Part shown: positions 1 to 40,889 of the stretch, in pieces
How the letters are laid out: every line of letters begins with the position of its first letter
Numbering within the stretch: the stretch's first letter is position 1
Source of the DNA: Amoebidium appalachense
Taxonomy: Eukaryota; Protista; Ichthyosporea
NCBI GenBank assembly: GCA_963693365.1
Contig: CAVNZM010000002.1
Span: 3,178,259-3,242,258, forward strand
Reading direction: 5' to 3'
Length of the DNA stretch: 64,000 bases
Notes under the pieces: generated by a model
What the model was told of the DNA's origin: nothing
The model's input: only the letters and a program-made list of their open reading frames with translations
Database searches by the model: none
Program-made: the position numbers and the translations under genes

Positions 1-280
1 GGAGGGGATGGGGGGAGGGGGGGGAGGAAGGTAGAAGGTAATTACGAGAGCCCCTCGAGGAAAAAAACAAAAAAAAAGGAAAAAAGGGAAAGAGGGTGAT
101 GATCAGCATATAGTAGGCCAACTTCAATAGGGACATCTAAGAAGAACGAAATGCAACAGTCAAAAAGACCCAAAGACGTAACCCAAATGAGAACAATAGA
201 TAGGCAGCGCACAAACCATCTCGATTCCTTTCGTTTCGACGTCTTCTTGTGTGTGCACAGGCACGCTGGGGTGGGGGGTT

Positions 281-329
<49 letters not shown>

Positions 330-551
330 GGGGGGAGGGAGGGATAACGGATGCGCTATAGAGCACGGGGCACACAACAAAGACGGGCAACACAATGCAG
401 AATTCTCCCCTCCCTCCTCCCCACCTCCCTCTCCCAACCAAACAAAGGCACACACAAGTAGTATGGGTGTGTGTGCGGGTGTGTTTTTGGAGCGGGAAGG
501 GGGGGGAAGGGGGGAAAGAGAGGCTGCACGTAGGGAAAGGCCAGAACCTAC

Positions 552-5500
<4,949 letters not shown>

Positions 5501-5985
5501 GATGATGACACAACTGCACTTCCTCTAAACATGATTAATTATTAATAGTAAAAAGAAGAAATGAGGTCAATGAAGTTATTTATTAATAGATTTCTGTCTG
5601 TTATAACACGTGTGAGGCACCAAGTCGCTAATAAGGAATTAGGCAAGATTTGTAAACAACACTGCAATAAAGGTGTACATCTCAGCGAATCAAAAGTAAC
5701 TTTTGCTTTTTGATATTTTCATGTTTTTTCCAGGCTATTCCTTGCTTCTTGTCGCCACAACTATCAGCTTCCTGTTTCCTTTGATGTTATACACAGAACT
5801 TAGCTCAATCGCCCCCCCTAACCGATGTTCCAAGTTTTGTTCTTTTGTTTTGAAAGCAAAAGTAAACAGAGGGTGGAAGTCCCAGGAAAAGGATGACGTA
5901 GTCACCCAATCGAAAATTTGAATTGCATTCTTACCTTATAAGGTAAATAGTGGTGTTACGTAACTGGTGCGGCAGGGGGAAACAG

Positions 5986-5993
5986 TGACGTCA
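5986..5993. promoter_or_regulatory. CRE/ATF palindrome TGACGTCA upstream of the OMA1-like gene
   Basis: Exact TGACGTCA about 490 bp upstream of the ATG, with a related TTACGTAA at 5956-5963. Confidence 0.4.
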
Positions 5994-6210
5994 TCGAGGT
6001 GTCCTGATGAGTCGAGTCTCGGACCTGCACATGCACAGGCTGAGTTGCATGTTGTTGTCTGACGTCGACGACATAATATGCTTGGACTTATAATTACCAA
6101 ATCTTAGTAGGTCTAAATCTCTTGTTTTATTGTTTCTTCCTTCCCTTTCTCTCTTTTTGATTTGGGTGCATGTGTCCCATGGGGAGGGTTTGTTTGTTTG
6201 TTTGACAGAA

Positions 6211-6241
<31 letters not shown>

Positions 6242-6424
6242 GGGGGGGGTCTCGCTTCCTTTCTTTTTCTTTTTCCTTTTTTCCCTCCCTAATTATGTAC
6301 TACTGAGACATAAGGCTAGACTTGCGTTGATCCCCGTTCTCTTGCCATTCACCCGTGTGTATGAAGCCAGCTACCCGAAAACACGTGTGGGTAGCGGCTG
6401 AGACAGTCATTTGCCGTCACATTA

Positions 6425-6837
6425 GCCCATGAGGGCCCAGCCACATCGGCTGAGTCAACTTGCTCCGAGCAGAATTATTCTGCAGAAAGCAGAACAAAGC
6501 AGAATTACTCAGCAAAAGCAGAATTATTCTGCAAAAGCAGAATCAATCTGCTAAAAGTCAATTAATCTGCTAAAAACAGAATTATTCTGCTAAAAGACTA
6601 ACCTGCTTTTTGCGGAATAAATCTGCTAAAAGCAGAATTTTGCTGAAAGCAGAGTGATTCTGCTAAAAGCAGCGTAATCCCGCTTTTGCAGAATAATTCT
6701 GCTAAAAGCAAAATAAAGCAAAATAATTCTGCCTTTTGCACAATAATTCTGCTTTTTGCAGAATAATTCCGCTTTTCCAGAATAATTCTGCTTTTTGCAA
6801 GTTGACTCTGCCGCTGTGATTGGGGCCTCCCATGCAC
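6425..6837. mobile_element. Foldback/MITE-like element with ~38-bp imperfect TIRs and internal ~19-bp palindromic repeats
   Basis: The left end CATGAGGGCCCAGCCACATCGGCTGAGTCAACTTGC resembles the reverse complement of the right end, CATGGGAGGCCCCAATCACAGCGGCAGAGTCAACTTGC. The interior is tandem AAAAGCAGAATTATTCTGC units that switch orientation. Flanking TA dinucleotides are a possible TSD. Confidence 0.7.
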
Positions 6838-7328
6838 TATCGGCTATCTATGTATGCAGCAACATGTACATGGGGCGGTATGTTGGTATAAATGTGCCCG
6901 GCTCACTGTTGATAAGGTTTAATATATTTTCGATGCAACAACATCGATGCGGCTTAGCCTATCACTATCATATCATAGCATGATTACGGCACACTTACAT
7001 ATGCATGTAATATAGTCGGAGATCAAATCGGTTATGATCGATCACCCAGAGCCACATATATAGTGTTACACTAGCTGCTGAGCATCCATTCTCTGTCAAC
7101 AACTTTCCCCTACCAGATATGTGTAAGAGATGAAAGGCTTTTAAATAAATGTAGACATTCAATGTCTACATTATAGTGTATGTTTGGATAACTCAGAAGA
7201 AAGGTATAATTCGGCCTTGGTGAGAGGTGGGGAGGTTTCATTTTCCATCTTTGCAGGTTTGAAATGTGTGCAAATGTACCCCCCCCCCCACCCCCCACCC
7301 CCCACCCCAACCCCCATCCCCCCGCCCC

Positions 7329-7361
<33 letters not shown>

Positions 7362-7694
7362 CCACCCCCTCCGGACATTCTGAAAGCCAAGGAGCAGAGC
7401 CTTTGGAGAGGGAAGAACGGTCGTAGGGCTTCGATACCCGGGCCTGATCGCCGTGTTTCCCAACTGAACGGATCTCAAAGGTGATGCACACACAACCTGT
7501 ATTCCTAATTATTCATGTTTTATAATTACCACTATATAATAGTTGTGCAAGTTTAATACTTCAACCTATATTCTGGCATAATATTGCGACTTTCCGGCCG
7601 GTAGTTTCTTTTCCAACAGCTATCTTGTGTATGTATGTATGATCGGATTCCAATGGTTCCTACTATATCCCACTTTTTTAGTCTTTTCTAAATA

Positions 7695-7947
<253 letters not shown>

Positions 7948-8088
7948 ATCCGCATAATAGAGTTCAAAAATGGCACGTCATTACCATACATACGGCACGT
8001 ACAGGGCCGTACGTGGCCTCCTTAGAGTATCCCCCCTTCCCCCCCCTTCCCCCCACATACACACACACACACAATCCCCACCCCCAAC

Positions 8089-8314
<226 letters not shown>

Positions 8315-8640
8315 GGCCCAGCATGGGGCCCGGGAGGGGGCCCAGGGCGCGGTTGGCCGTACATGTACGCACACGTATGATTAAGAGGATCCCACCTCCG
8401 ATTCCATGCATGGTACGTACACGTGTTCATTCAATTGAATACAACTCGTACTTCCACTATCATCATAACGATACATGAATGGGATTAAAAACGCATTAGC
8501 AAATGTTTATTGACCCCATCCTCCCCCCCCCCCCCCCCCCCCCCCGGGTCCCCTCCCCCCATCCCCCCCCCCCCCCCCCCCCCTGTACCCCCCCCCCCCC
8601 CCCCCCCCCCCAACCCCACCACCACCACCACCATCACGTG

Positions 8641-8671
<31 letters not shown>

Positions 8672-9139
8672 ACCACTACCAGTGGCCACCACGGCCCGTA
8701 CTACCCACGTACACACTGAAAAGTATTTACAAAAGAATTGCTGAGTGCATGACCACATACCTGGAAATAGCTCTCAATAGTCAAGGCTTTGAAAGAATGA
8801 TCATTCTTTTCATTGAGAGCTATTTGGCTATTACCATCATCATCATGATGAAATAACTGGGCAGTAAAGTCGTCAGTAGAATAAAGGTTAGAAAGCAGAA
8901 AGAAAAGAAAAAAGAAAAAAAAGAAACACCATTTCTCTTTGGCAGGGCAATGTGATGTTTCGCCGCACCGCGGGTTGATTGGCTTTCGCTTGACAAACTG
9001 CGTTACAATTGATGGACCTAAATTCTATTTTAATCTAACCCGATATGATTGGTTTTGAAAGCAATAGAGAACCCAAGCCTACACAGAGCACATCATTTGG
9101 ATTGGGCGTGGGACTTGGTAAGGTTCGAATCGAATCGCG

Positions 9140-11392
9140 AAGGGCCGCCAGGCCGCCCGGAGCACGGAGCACGGCGCACGGCGCACGGCCCGCCAGGGCC
9201 AGCCCGACCCGGCACGGTGGCACGCCAGGCAGCGGGAGGGAGGGCAGGGAGGAGAATGGGTCGGCTACTGGAAGCTATGTTTACGTTTACACGCGGACGA
9301 GCGGTGGTTAATGGGCGGCTATCCCCAGGGTTTACCCGCACGCGCGGGGTCCTTCAAGGGTCCCTGCTAAGTCCTCTTCTTTTCAACCTGTATATTGATG
9401 ATTTAGCCGACACTCTTTCTGCGGCACAAATTGACGGGGGGTTGCCATCCCAGGCTCCCCCCGCCCTCTTTTTTGCCGACGATATTGTGCTTATGTCATC
9501 CGATCCTCTCGAACTACGGCAATACATTCGTGTGGTTGAATATTGGTGCCAGCGCAACGATATGCAGATTGATGTCAAAAAGTGTGCCCTTTTATCAAAA
9601 TCGATACCGGCATGGGACGACGTTTGTATTTTCGGCAGTCCCCTCCCTCGCCCAATCGAATACAAGTATTTGGGGATTCCGGTGGACGAATGGGGCATAT
9701 GTTTCAAACGGATGATCGACCGTCGGGTGGAGAGTGCAGGCAGGTAAGGCTTCGGTTATTTAGGGATGTGTATCTTGCTACTCTTTCTCATACTGTCCAC
9801 CTATACAATCGTCCGAGTATATTTCGCCATATATTTGCCCTTTGTCTGAATAGGGGTCGCCCTTACTAGCTATGGCACCCCCTGATACTGTTACTAATGT
9901 CCTCAAATCAATCGATGATTTCCACTACACAACTTGTTGTACGTTTCTCACTGGTCTTTCCACACCTATCCCTAGACACCTTTTTGATTCTCTCTACGCA
10001 CTCACACCACCATCACAACGCGTACACGAATTAGCCCTTAAATTTCACGAGCACATCACCCGCCTGTCCGCTTGTGCCCCGGACCACCCGCTCTTCCGGC
10101 TACACGCATCCCCGCCGGACTCGCCCTCTACTAGTACCTCTTCCCTTCCCCATCGTCTCTGCCCATTGCCGAGCGTTATGTGGAATGGCTGGCGACCCCA
10201 CCGGAGGTACGGCTAGATCATAGTGTGAATATATTGAATAGTTTCAAGTCTATGGCTGATAGATATCTTTTTACTCTACGTGTTGAGTCCCTTCCGGTGT
10301 TAGGACCGCCAAAACACCAACTACTAGTAGCCTATATGGCGTGCTGATGGATACGGTTAGAGAGTCTCGTTCATGCATATATTCGTTTATTCGTAATGTG
10401 GTGTGGTGCAAAAACGCAAAGATGATTATGGCTTGGCGGTGTAATCGGTTTCTGGTGTCTCCTGCTCGTATGTGTAATATGTGTGGGGGGCGGTTTCTCG
10501 CGGCTGCATATCTATCAATAAATGCAACCTGTTAGCTAATGTATTAGAACCGGAGGTTATTGGCGGTTTTATTCTCTTTTCTTCCTCTCTTCCTCAATAT
10601 ATCCGTTTTAAGATGACTATCCTAGATCACCTTATTAATGCTGCACAGTATGATATTGTGATCCGGTGCCTTAACTTTCTTTCGGAGCTACCGATGCTAG
10701 CCTCTGCTTACCCATAATATGTGATAGGGGTGTCATATACTACGATGGCACTCATTGTTGCCTAGCATGTACATATGTCACTGGCTGCATTTGATTGGCT
10801 GTGCTGGAAAACACAGTAGGCCGTCGAATGTGGCTGGGCCTCCGGCAGTGTCCACGCAATAAAAAGTGTATAAACCCCAGGGAGGAGCCTCGGGGCAGCG
10901 GGAGGGAGGGCAGGGAGGAGGGCAGGGGGGGGGTCTGGGGGGAGGGGAGGACAGGGGGGCCTGGGGGGAGGGAGGGCATATATATGGAAGGGCATATGCC
11001 CTCCCTCCCCTGCCCTCCCATAAGCCCTCCTTCCCCCCAGACCCCCCTGCCCCCCCCCCCCCCAGCCCCCCCCTGCCCTTCTCCCTGCCCTCCCTCCCGC
11101 TGCCCTCCTCCCTGCCCCCCCTCCCGCTGCCTGGCGGGCCACCGTGCCGGGTCGGGCTGGCCCTGGCGGGCCGTGCGCCGTGCGCCGTGCTCCATGTCCT
11201 CCCTCCCCCCAGACCCCCCTGCCCTCCCTCCCCCCAGACCCCCCTGCCTTCCTCCCTGCCCTCCGGGCCCTCCCGCCGCCCTCCTCCCTGCCCTCCCTAC
11301 CGCTGCCTGGCGGGCCACCATGCCGGGTCGGGCTCGCCCTGGCGGGCCGTGCGTCGTGCGCCGTGCTCCGTGCTCCGGGCCTGGCGGCCCTT
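9140..11392. mobile_element. GC-rich non-autonomous TIR/foldback element (~620 bp) interrupted by a non-LTR retrotransposon
   Basis: About 115-bp inverted repeats lie at 9140-9254 (AAGGGCCGCCAGG...CAGGGAGGAG) and 11281-11392. There is an extra internal partial TIR copy at about 11118-11192 and a central palindrome GGGAGGGCATAT...ATATGCCCTCCC at about 10970-11006. Confidence 0.75.
9255..10877 (+). mobile_element. 5'-truncated, degenerate non-LTR (LINE-type) retrotransposon with RT C-terminal half
   Basis: RT motifs RGVLQGSLLSPLLFNLYIDDL, LFFADDIVL and YKYLG lie in ORF 9049-9747. Downstream frameshifted pieces include a Cys-rich WRxNRF...CxxCGGRF segment. AATAAA occurs at about 10858, and the 10-bp direct repeat CAGGGAGGAG at 9245-9254 and 10878-10887 is a probable TSD. 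Confidence 0.85.
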
Positions 11393-12088
11393 GAACAGAG
11401 AGATTTACCCACATGCATGAGTAAGTGCGTGATGATAAGCGCCAATAAGAGAGAATGTGTGTTGTAGCCTCGCGACCGGGGGGAGCTCGAGCTCGAGGGG
11501 GAGGGGACAGGGACCAATGGTTGCGGTTGAATGCATGCGTACGTATGCCGTGACGCGCGGTACGTCTGGCCGGTCTCATACCTGTTTACATGTAAGCAAA
11601 CAAGAGTCTCGACCATGTACTTTGCTAATACTAGTACTTTTCAAAGAGTCAGTGACAAGCGGGTGACATTTCTGGATTTTTCCCTCACATGTGGGTATAT
11701 GTAAATCTGTCTGTTCATGAAGTCGTAACGCAATTTCTGTGGTTTTTATGCATATGTACGAAGAACGTCTTGTTGTAGGTAGCCTTTCAGGTGCACGCGT
11801 ACGTGTATGTAGCTCATTCATGACCCGCGGTGCGCCTATACAGGTTGACGAGCTCAGAGTGAATTGGGCGTGGGACTTGATCAGGTTCGAATCGAATCGC
11901 GTTTTGTTTCAACTCAGTCTGCTTTCAAGCCAAGGAGTTGAGTGCCGCGTGAGATACATCACAGGTCACAGTATCCGTTTTATTTATCCAATCCCCTGCC
12001 TGCCGGAACCGGGCCAGCACAGTACAAATACCCCCGTACTCGTCCGGAAACATTTGATACGCCCTCAGTGCTATCGTACCTACACGTA

Positions 12089-17095
<5,007 letters not shown>

Positions 17096-17452
17096 TACTT
17101 AAATCCACCTGAGGCATTGGCAGAATGACAATTGCACCGTGTTTCAAATGATGTTTCGATGATGTTTTGCTTTTTCAATGATGTTTTGCTTTTTTATGAT
17201 GTTCCAAGCGCAGATAACTTCGTGTACAGATGTACATGCATGTAAATACCAGAAACCTGACATGATCTTCGAGTAAATTCTTGAGATGAAAGATGAAAGC
17301 ATCTGTTGCGGCCGTAATACTATGCTCGAGGAAGCAATCATGAAACAGACCAGTTTTGTTGTTTTTACAAAGGATGTGGCAGCCACTTGCTGTTAATTGG
17401 ACTCCAAGAATTAGGTCAAAGACCGCCATTTTTTTGGCATGTAGGAAAGCAT

Positions 17453-17493
<41 letters not shown>

Positions 17494-17765
17494 GATCTTT
17501 TTGTTAATGTTCCAAGCAGCAGCTGGTCTCTGTGAGACTTACCAACAGAATACGCTGGCCCAAGGGCCCGGCGAAGTGAAAAAAAAAAATGTCCAGTTTT
17601 AAGCGTCTGTGTATCGTGTACTATACGTGCAAGCAGGTGTCGGCGTGACGGAACATTTGGAGGTGGTGGTGGTGGGGAGGGGAGGAGGGAAGAGGGAGGT
17701 GAGGGAAGGGCTGGGGGAGGAGTGGTGGTGGTGGTGGCGGCGGTGGTAGTGGTAGTGGTGGTGGT

Positions 17766-17808
<43 letters not shown>

Positions 17809-17843
17809 CGGGGGGCAGGGGGCGAAAGGGGCGAGGAGCTGAA

Positions 17844-17918
<75 letters not shown>

Positions 17919-18192
17919 TGTGTGTGTGTGCGCGTGCATGTGTCTCCCCACTAGCAAGGCTGGAGCAAATACCCCACGGGCTAAGCGTGTACTAGTAATC
18001 AGAATGGTTAAAGGTGTGTTAGCTTAGCTGCCAGCCTGCGCCATTAGCACCCTAGCTTGGGTATTGTCGGCACTTAGTGGAAGATGGTAGTTCCTACGAG
18101 GAACCCCATTGGCAACTGGGGTCCGCAGGCTCCGGGAACAAAATGGGAATATATATATCACAATGTGTGTGTGTGTTCGTGCGTGCGTGCGT

Positions 18193-18291
<99 letters not shown>

Positions 18292-18335
18292 GCGTTTGTG
18301 TGTGTGCCTGTGTGTGTGCGTGCATGCGTGCGCTT

Positions 18336-18385
<50 letters not shown>

Positions 18386-18682
18386 GTGCAAGCGTGCGTG
18401 TGCGATGGTGTGCACGCAACACCGAGTGTGCATTTAAAGCGCTTGTGTGTGTGGGTGTGTGCGTGCAATGATGCGACACCGTGCGTGCATGCATACGTGT
18501 GTGTGTGTGTGCGCGAGTGTGCGCATGTGTGCGTGCGTTTGTACATGTGTGTGTGTGTGGAGATGGGTGGGTGTTTTTTGGGTGTGTATGTGTGGCCCGG
18601 AAGAGAAGGGGGGGGGGGGGGGGGGGGGGGGGGGGTGGGGGGGCTCTGATCACGTGAGATGGGCGACTTTTAATAAAGCGTG

Positions 18683-18949
18683 CTGGTCGTAGTCCTCCCC
18701 CCTTAGAGCTGCCGAATCTGGTCGTAGTCCTCCCCCCTTAGAGCTGCCGTAGAGGCTGCCCCGTGACAGGTGCTGTACATCTCAAATTCGGAATCGAGTC
18801 CCATGGATGCCGGGCTGTGTTGCACCACCGTGATGACCCGTGACGGTGTATACGTCGGGTGGAACAACGTGTCGGTTGGTGCTTTGCCTCACGGGGCAGC
18901 CTCTACGGCAGCTCTAACTTGAAAGGGGGAGGACTACGACCAGATTCGG
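18683..18949. mobile_element. MITE-like element with ~55-bp TIRs and a duplicated left terminus
   Basis: CCGAATCTGGTCGTAGTCCTCCCCCCTTAGAGCTGCCGTAGAGGCTGCCCCGTGA (18712-18766) is mirrored at 18889-18949. About 30 bp of the left end is repeated at 18683-18714. Confidence 0.75.
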
Positions 18950-19228
18950 ATTAATAACGGTTGATGGAGGACTTTCACTACACCGTTCACAATTTACATT
19001 GACACCACCAAGGCGATGTTAACGTTGCTGGCCATTGCAATTCCCGGGGGTCTGGCTGAAAAGGCACGGGCATTCACCAAAAGGCCTCACCTTATCACAA
19101 ACACCAATTAAAAACACCACACACACACAAAACCAAAAGCAAGTTACGTAGGTTTGGACAGGTATACTAGGGGGCATCTCCGGCCATTGTGGTTGGATTT
19201 CCTGTTCCCTTGGCTAGGTATAGTGCAT

Positions 19229-19335
<107 letters not shown>

Positions 19336-20051
19336 GGGAGAGCCAATAACAGCACAGTAGTTTATTCATGTCCATAAATGGCAACATAAACATCGTGTAC
19401 TCGGTTTTCTCTATTCTTTTCAGTACAAAAAAAAAAGGGTTGGTATTAGAACTTTGTGATTTTTTTCCACCTTTTAGTTACAGGAATTGATATACAATAT
19501 ATATATATATATATGTGCTTATCATTTTTTAAATTTTACCATCGTGCCATTGCCCATTGCCCATTGTCCGTAGCTAGAAGTTCGAACTGCTAACGTTGTT
19601 TACTTCGGCTAGTCACCACAACCAAGGTCCACGTAATCATCAAGCCCGCAAGCACACGAGCACTGTCCGTTCACATGTAGATACCATGCGTGGAAGAGCC
19701 ACAAGGAGCGCACACAGTTGGCAGCTAACCGGCGCTCCGCGGCTGTGAGTGAAGCAAAGCGGTGGCGATGCTTCTTTCCAGGTGTACATTAAGGTGCCTT
19801 AATCGCCCACGGATCAACCCGGTCACGGACGGTCTAAAACCCGAGAACCAACCCGCAAGGGACCGATAAAAAGACGACCCGGCCCGGGATCCACCCGGCC
19901 TTTGCGCAAACCCGCCCGAGCTATCCCTGCTCCTGCCGCTTGAAAACCACATTTCACTGGTTTCGTTGTGACCGGTGACGGTACAAACTTTTGCTTCACG
20001 CAAGTCGCCACAGCCCGCGGGGAACATGGCGTGAAAAGAGTCTACTTCGTG

Positions 20052-20087
20052 TGACGTCATAAGGGATTTGGTGATTGGATGCATTGG
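20052..20087. promoter_or_regulatory. CRE palindrome plus two reverse CCAAT boxes upstream of DUS3
   Basis: TGACGTCA at 20052-20059 is followed by ATTGG twice, about 340 bp before the ATG at 20398. Confidence 0.4.
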
Positions 20088-20397
20088 TTGTGAGCCGCGG
20101 ACCTCGGATCGCGGTGGTGCCCAGGCTGGGCGATTCCAGCGCAAGTGCACGTGTTTTAGTGTGCACGTGTACACTGCACTGAACACGGAGGCATGCCACG
20201 GACTACGCTAATACATACGTGGCCAAGTTATCATATGTGTGACAATATCCATAAACGTGCATGCATACGTGTTGGAAAGTGGGGTGGACACTGTGAATTA
20301 CCGTTTGAACTTCGCATGTTCAGAAGCATTCAGAAGCAATTTTTAATTGCAGTAGCATATACTGTAGCGATTGAAACCATAGAGATCTTAGAGCAAG

Positions 20398-38177
<17,780 letters not shown>

Positions 38178-39448
38178 ATTAGTGCATGTAGTTATTGTGC
38201 TTAGAAAAGTGGCTTTTTAGGAATGGAATATGCGATGGACACGTGATTTAAATTGGTTGTTGAATGTGCAGAGCTGTGTGTTAATGTTGTGTTGCGTGTT
38301 TTCCTGTTTTATTCAGTTGAACACAACGGCTTGTTACATAGGTTTCCATTTTGTGTATCCTGAGAATGTCGCTGATTTGTGCTTGCTTGTAACGTGGGTT
38401 TTTTTTTTCTTTTTTTAAGTTGCACGTTCTATTCTTATATCCCGCCGAATTTTATTCGAAGTCTCAGAGTGCAAATCGCATACGACACATGTGATAAGTA
38501 CATGCTGGCGCAGGTACTCCGCAATCTGCGGTCTGTATTCGTAGAAGGTTGAGCAAAAAATGAGGCTAAGGGAGTTATTCAGAGGTTGGAACAGACATGT
38601 GATGATACCAATATGTGTAATCTGTATCACATACGTTCTTCAATATTCCTGGATGACACTTTCGGCCTGAGCACATTTTTGCCCTAAATAAAACAACCGA
38701 TGCTATGCAGTAACATTCTTGTTTAAATGCAGTAACGTCTAGATGTGTGGGCGTTTGAGCTTGCTTGGCGGAACTCACACACGAACACGACACACACACA
38801 CACACACATAGGTAAACACTCAGATAGGGCTAGAGAGAGAGAGAAAAAATAATCGCAAGCCGCACAGACACCCAAACGTGTGCGGTACAAGTACAAACAC
38901 ACACGCACTCGCGCGCGAGCGCAAATCGCACAAAGGGTAACATTAAGTTTTGTCAGTGCACATGGAGATGTTCTGTTAATATTTGTTTAGTTTTACCTAC
39001 TACAGAGTGCGACTGCCTTTAAATCTAGTCTGCCTTTGAGCACTACCACTTTCTACCAGATTACTCATTACACCCCATCCCCTCCAAGGCCAAAAGACAG
39101 GGATGGCATAACTTGCGATCTTCTTCCCCCTTCCCCCCCCCCCGTCCCCCCCCCCCCTCCCCCCTCAAAACAAATTCACCCCGGGGGGCCCCCAACACCT
39201 CCCTGGGCCCGCCCTGATCAATATTCTTTATAATGATCTATCTCCGTTCATCCATCCCTCCTCCCGAGCTCCCTCCGGATCCCTCCCTACCTCCCTACCT
39301 CCTCGACTGAACATGCACGACCCTCCTTCCCTCGCTCCTCGGCCTCCCTCCATGCCATAGTTCCTCACCCCCGATCCACTCTCCCAATAAGGTCTCTCTC
39401 TCTCGTCTTTATCGAGTCCTCCCCCTTTCTCTCCCTCTCTCGCCCCCC

Positions 39449-39479
<31 letters not shown>

Positions 39480-39565
39480 CTCTCTCTCCCTCTCTGTCTC
39501 GCAGAGCTCTCCTCCGTTCTCTCTCCCTCTCCCCCTCTCCCCCTCTCCCCCAGCCCCCCCCCCCC

Positions 39566-39737
<172 letters not shown>

Positions 39738-40571
39738 CCCCCCCCCCCCCCCCCCCACTCGCCCCCCCTCTTTCCTCCCCGGGCCCTCCGGATCCCCCCT
39801 CGCGAGCTTTAGATCTGTCGAGAGCTCTCCAGCTCTCTCCGTGTTTTTTTTTAGAACCCTTTGCTTTCGCTGTTTGTTTCTCTTTCCCTCCCCCCCCCCT
39901 CCCCCCCCCCCCCTCCCCCCCCCTCCCCCCTCCCCCCCCTACCCCCCCCCCCCCTCTCCCCGGGGGCCCCCGGGCGCCCAACCTGTAGGCTCTATCCTTT
40001 CGTTCGTCTCGCCTCAAGAAAGACCCTTGCCTTCAGATTTTATCGCTTGACTCGAACTTGCCAAGTTGCCAACTGCTTCCCCTTGACAAGTGTCACATTG
40101 ACCTGAAACTCCCAGTTTTAGCCTATGAAATAGTGACACTCCAATATATCCTGTATTACTTCCATATAGTTCCTAGTGAAATAATATTCTCTGCGCTATT
40201 TTTTTTTATCATTCGGCTGTGGTCATACTGCTGTGGGTAGCGTTGGTTTGCAGGTTGCGGCACCCTGGCGCCCTGCAGGCTGCATTGTGAAGGCACGGCA
40301 ATGGAATGTAAAGAAACATTTTGTAGGATTTGATTGGTTGCATAGCCGCCAGCAACAATTGGTGGATCTGCTCTATTCTTGTCGTTCGGATTTCGTAGAT
40401 TCAAATGTGTAAAATGATTCATGTAAATATAGTAATTTTCCGAGAGTGTAGTTTCAGCAACTTCCCAGTAGAACACCTAATATTATATCTTACTGTTCTT
40501 ACGCAAAGAAATTTATATGTGGAAATAATCCTCTGCGGTCTTCGTATGCACCAAAGATTGCCGAATGAGAG

Positions 40572-40685
40572 TGACGTCAATGAGATCTAACATAGCATCG
40601 ACTAAAATAGTCCACCAATCAAACGTTTGATACCGGTTTATCCAATCAAAAAGTGCTAAACTATTCCACCGTGCGTTTATAAAAA
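40572..40685 (+). promoter_or_regulatory. Putative promoter of the NlpC/P60 gene: CRE, two CCAAT boxes, TATA box
   Basis: TGACGTCA at 40572, CCAAT at about 40615 and 40642, and TATAAAAA at about 40678, roughly 210 bp before the ATG. Confidence 0.5.
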
Positions 40686-40889
40686 GAAGAATCCATTCAG
40701 TTCAGCAACACAACAACATCGACGGCGTGACGCGAAAGAAAGCAACAACATAAACACGCGCCAAGCATTCTCCTCTAACTGCAATTTTTCACCTCAAAAA
40801 TCGTCACGCTTTACGTATCGCTTTCCGAACACAACAGCAACATTTTCACGCCTTCTTACTAATAGGTCCACATACAGCACATCATAATC

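Noticed and set aside
6004-6070. C/D snoRNA or hammerhead suggested by CTGATGA...CTGA
   Set aside because: There is no GAAA or stem set for a hammerhead, and no convincing terminal stem or recognisable rRNA guide. The region looks like promoter sequence.
9140-11392. DIRS-type or Penelope element (RT plus inverted repeats)
   Set aside because: The RT motifs are LINE-like, no tyrosine recombinase or GIY-YIG is seen, and the RT segment has its own TSD inside the TIR element.
10752-11616. 275-284 aa GC-rich ORFs
   Set aside because: They are stop-poor frames across the GC-rich TIR repeats and show no transposase motifs.
40156-40476. 106-aa minus-strand ORF upstream of NlpC/P60
   Set aside because: No recognisable motif, ATG context or splice partners, so it cannot be supported as a gene.
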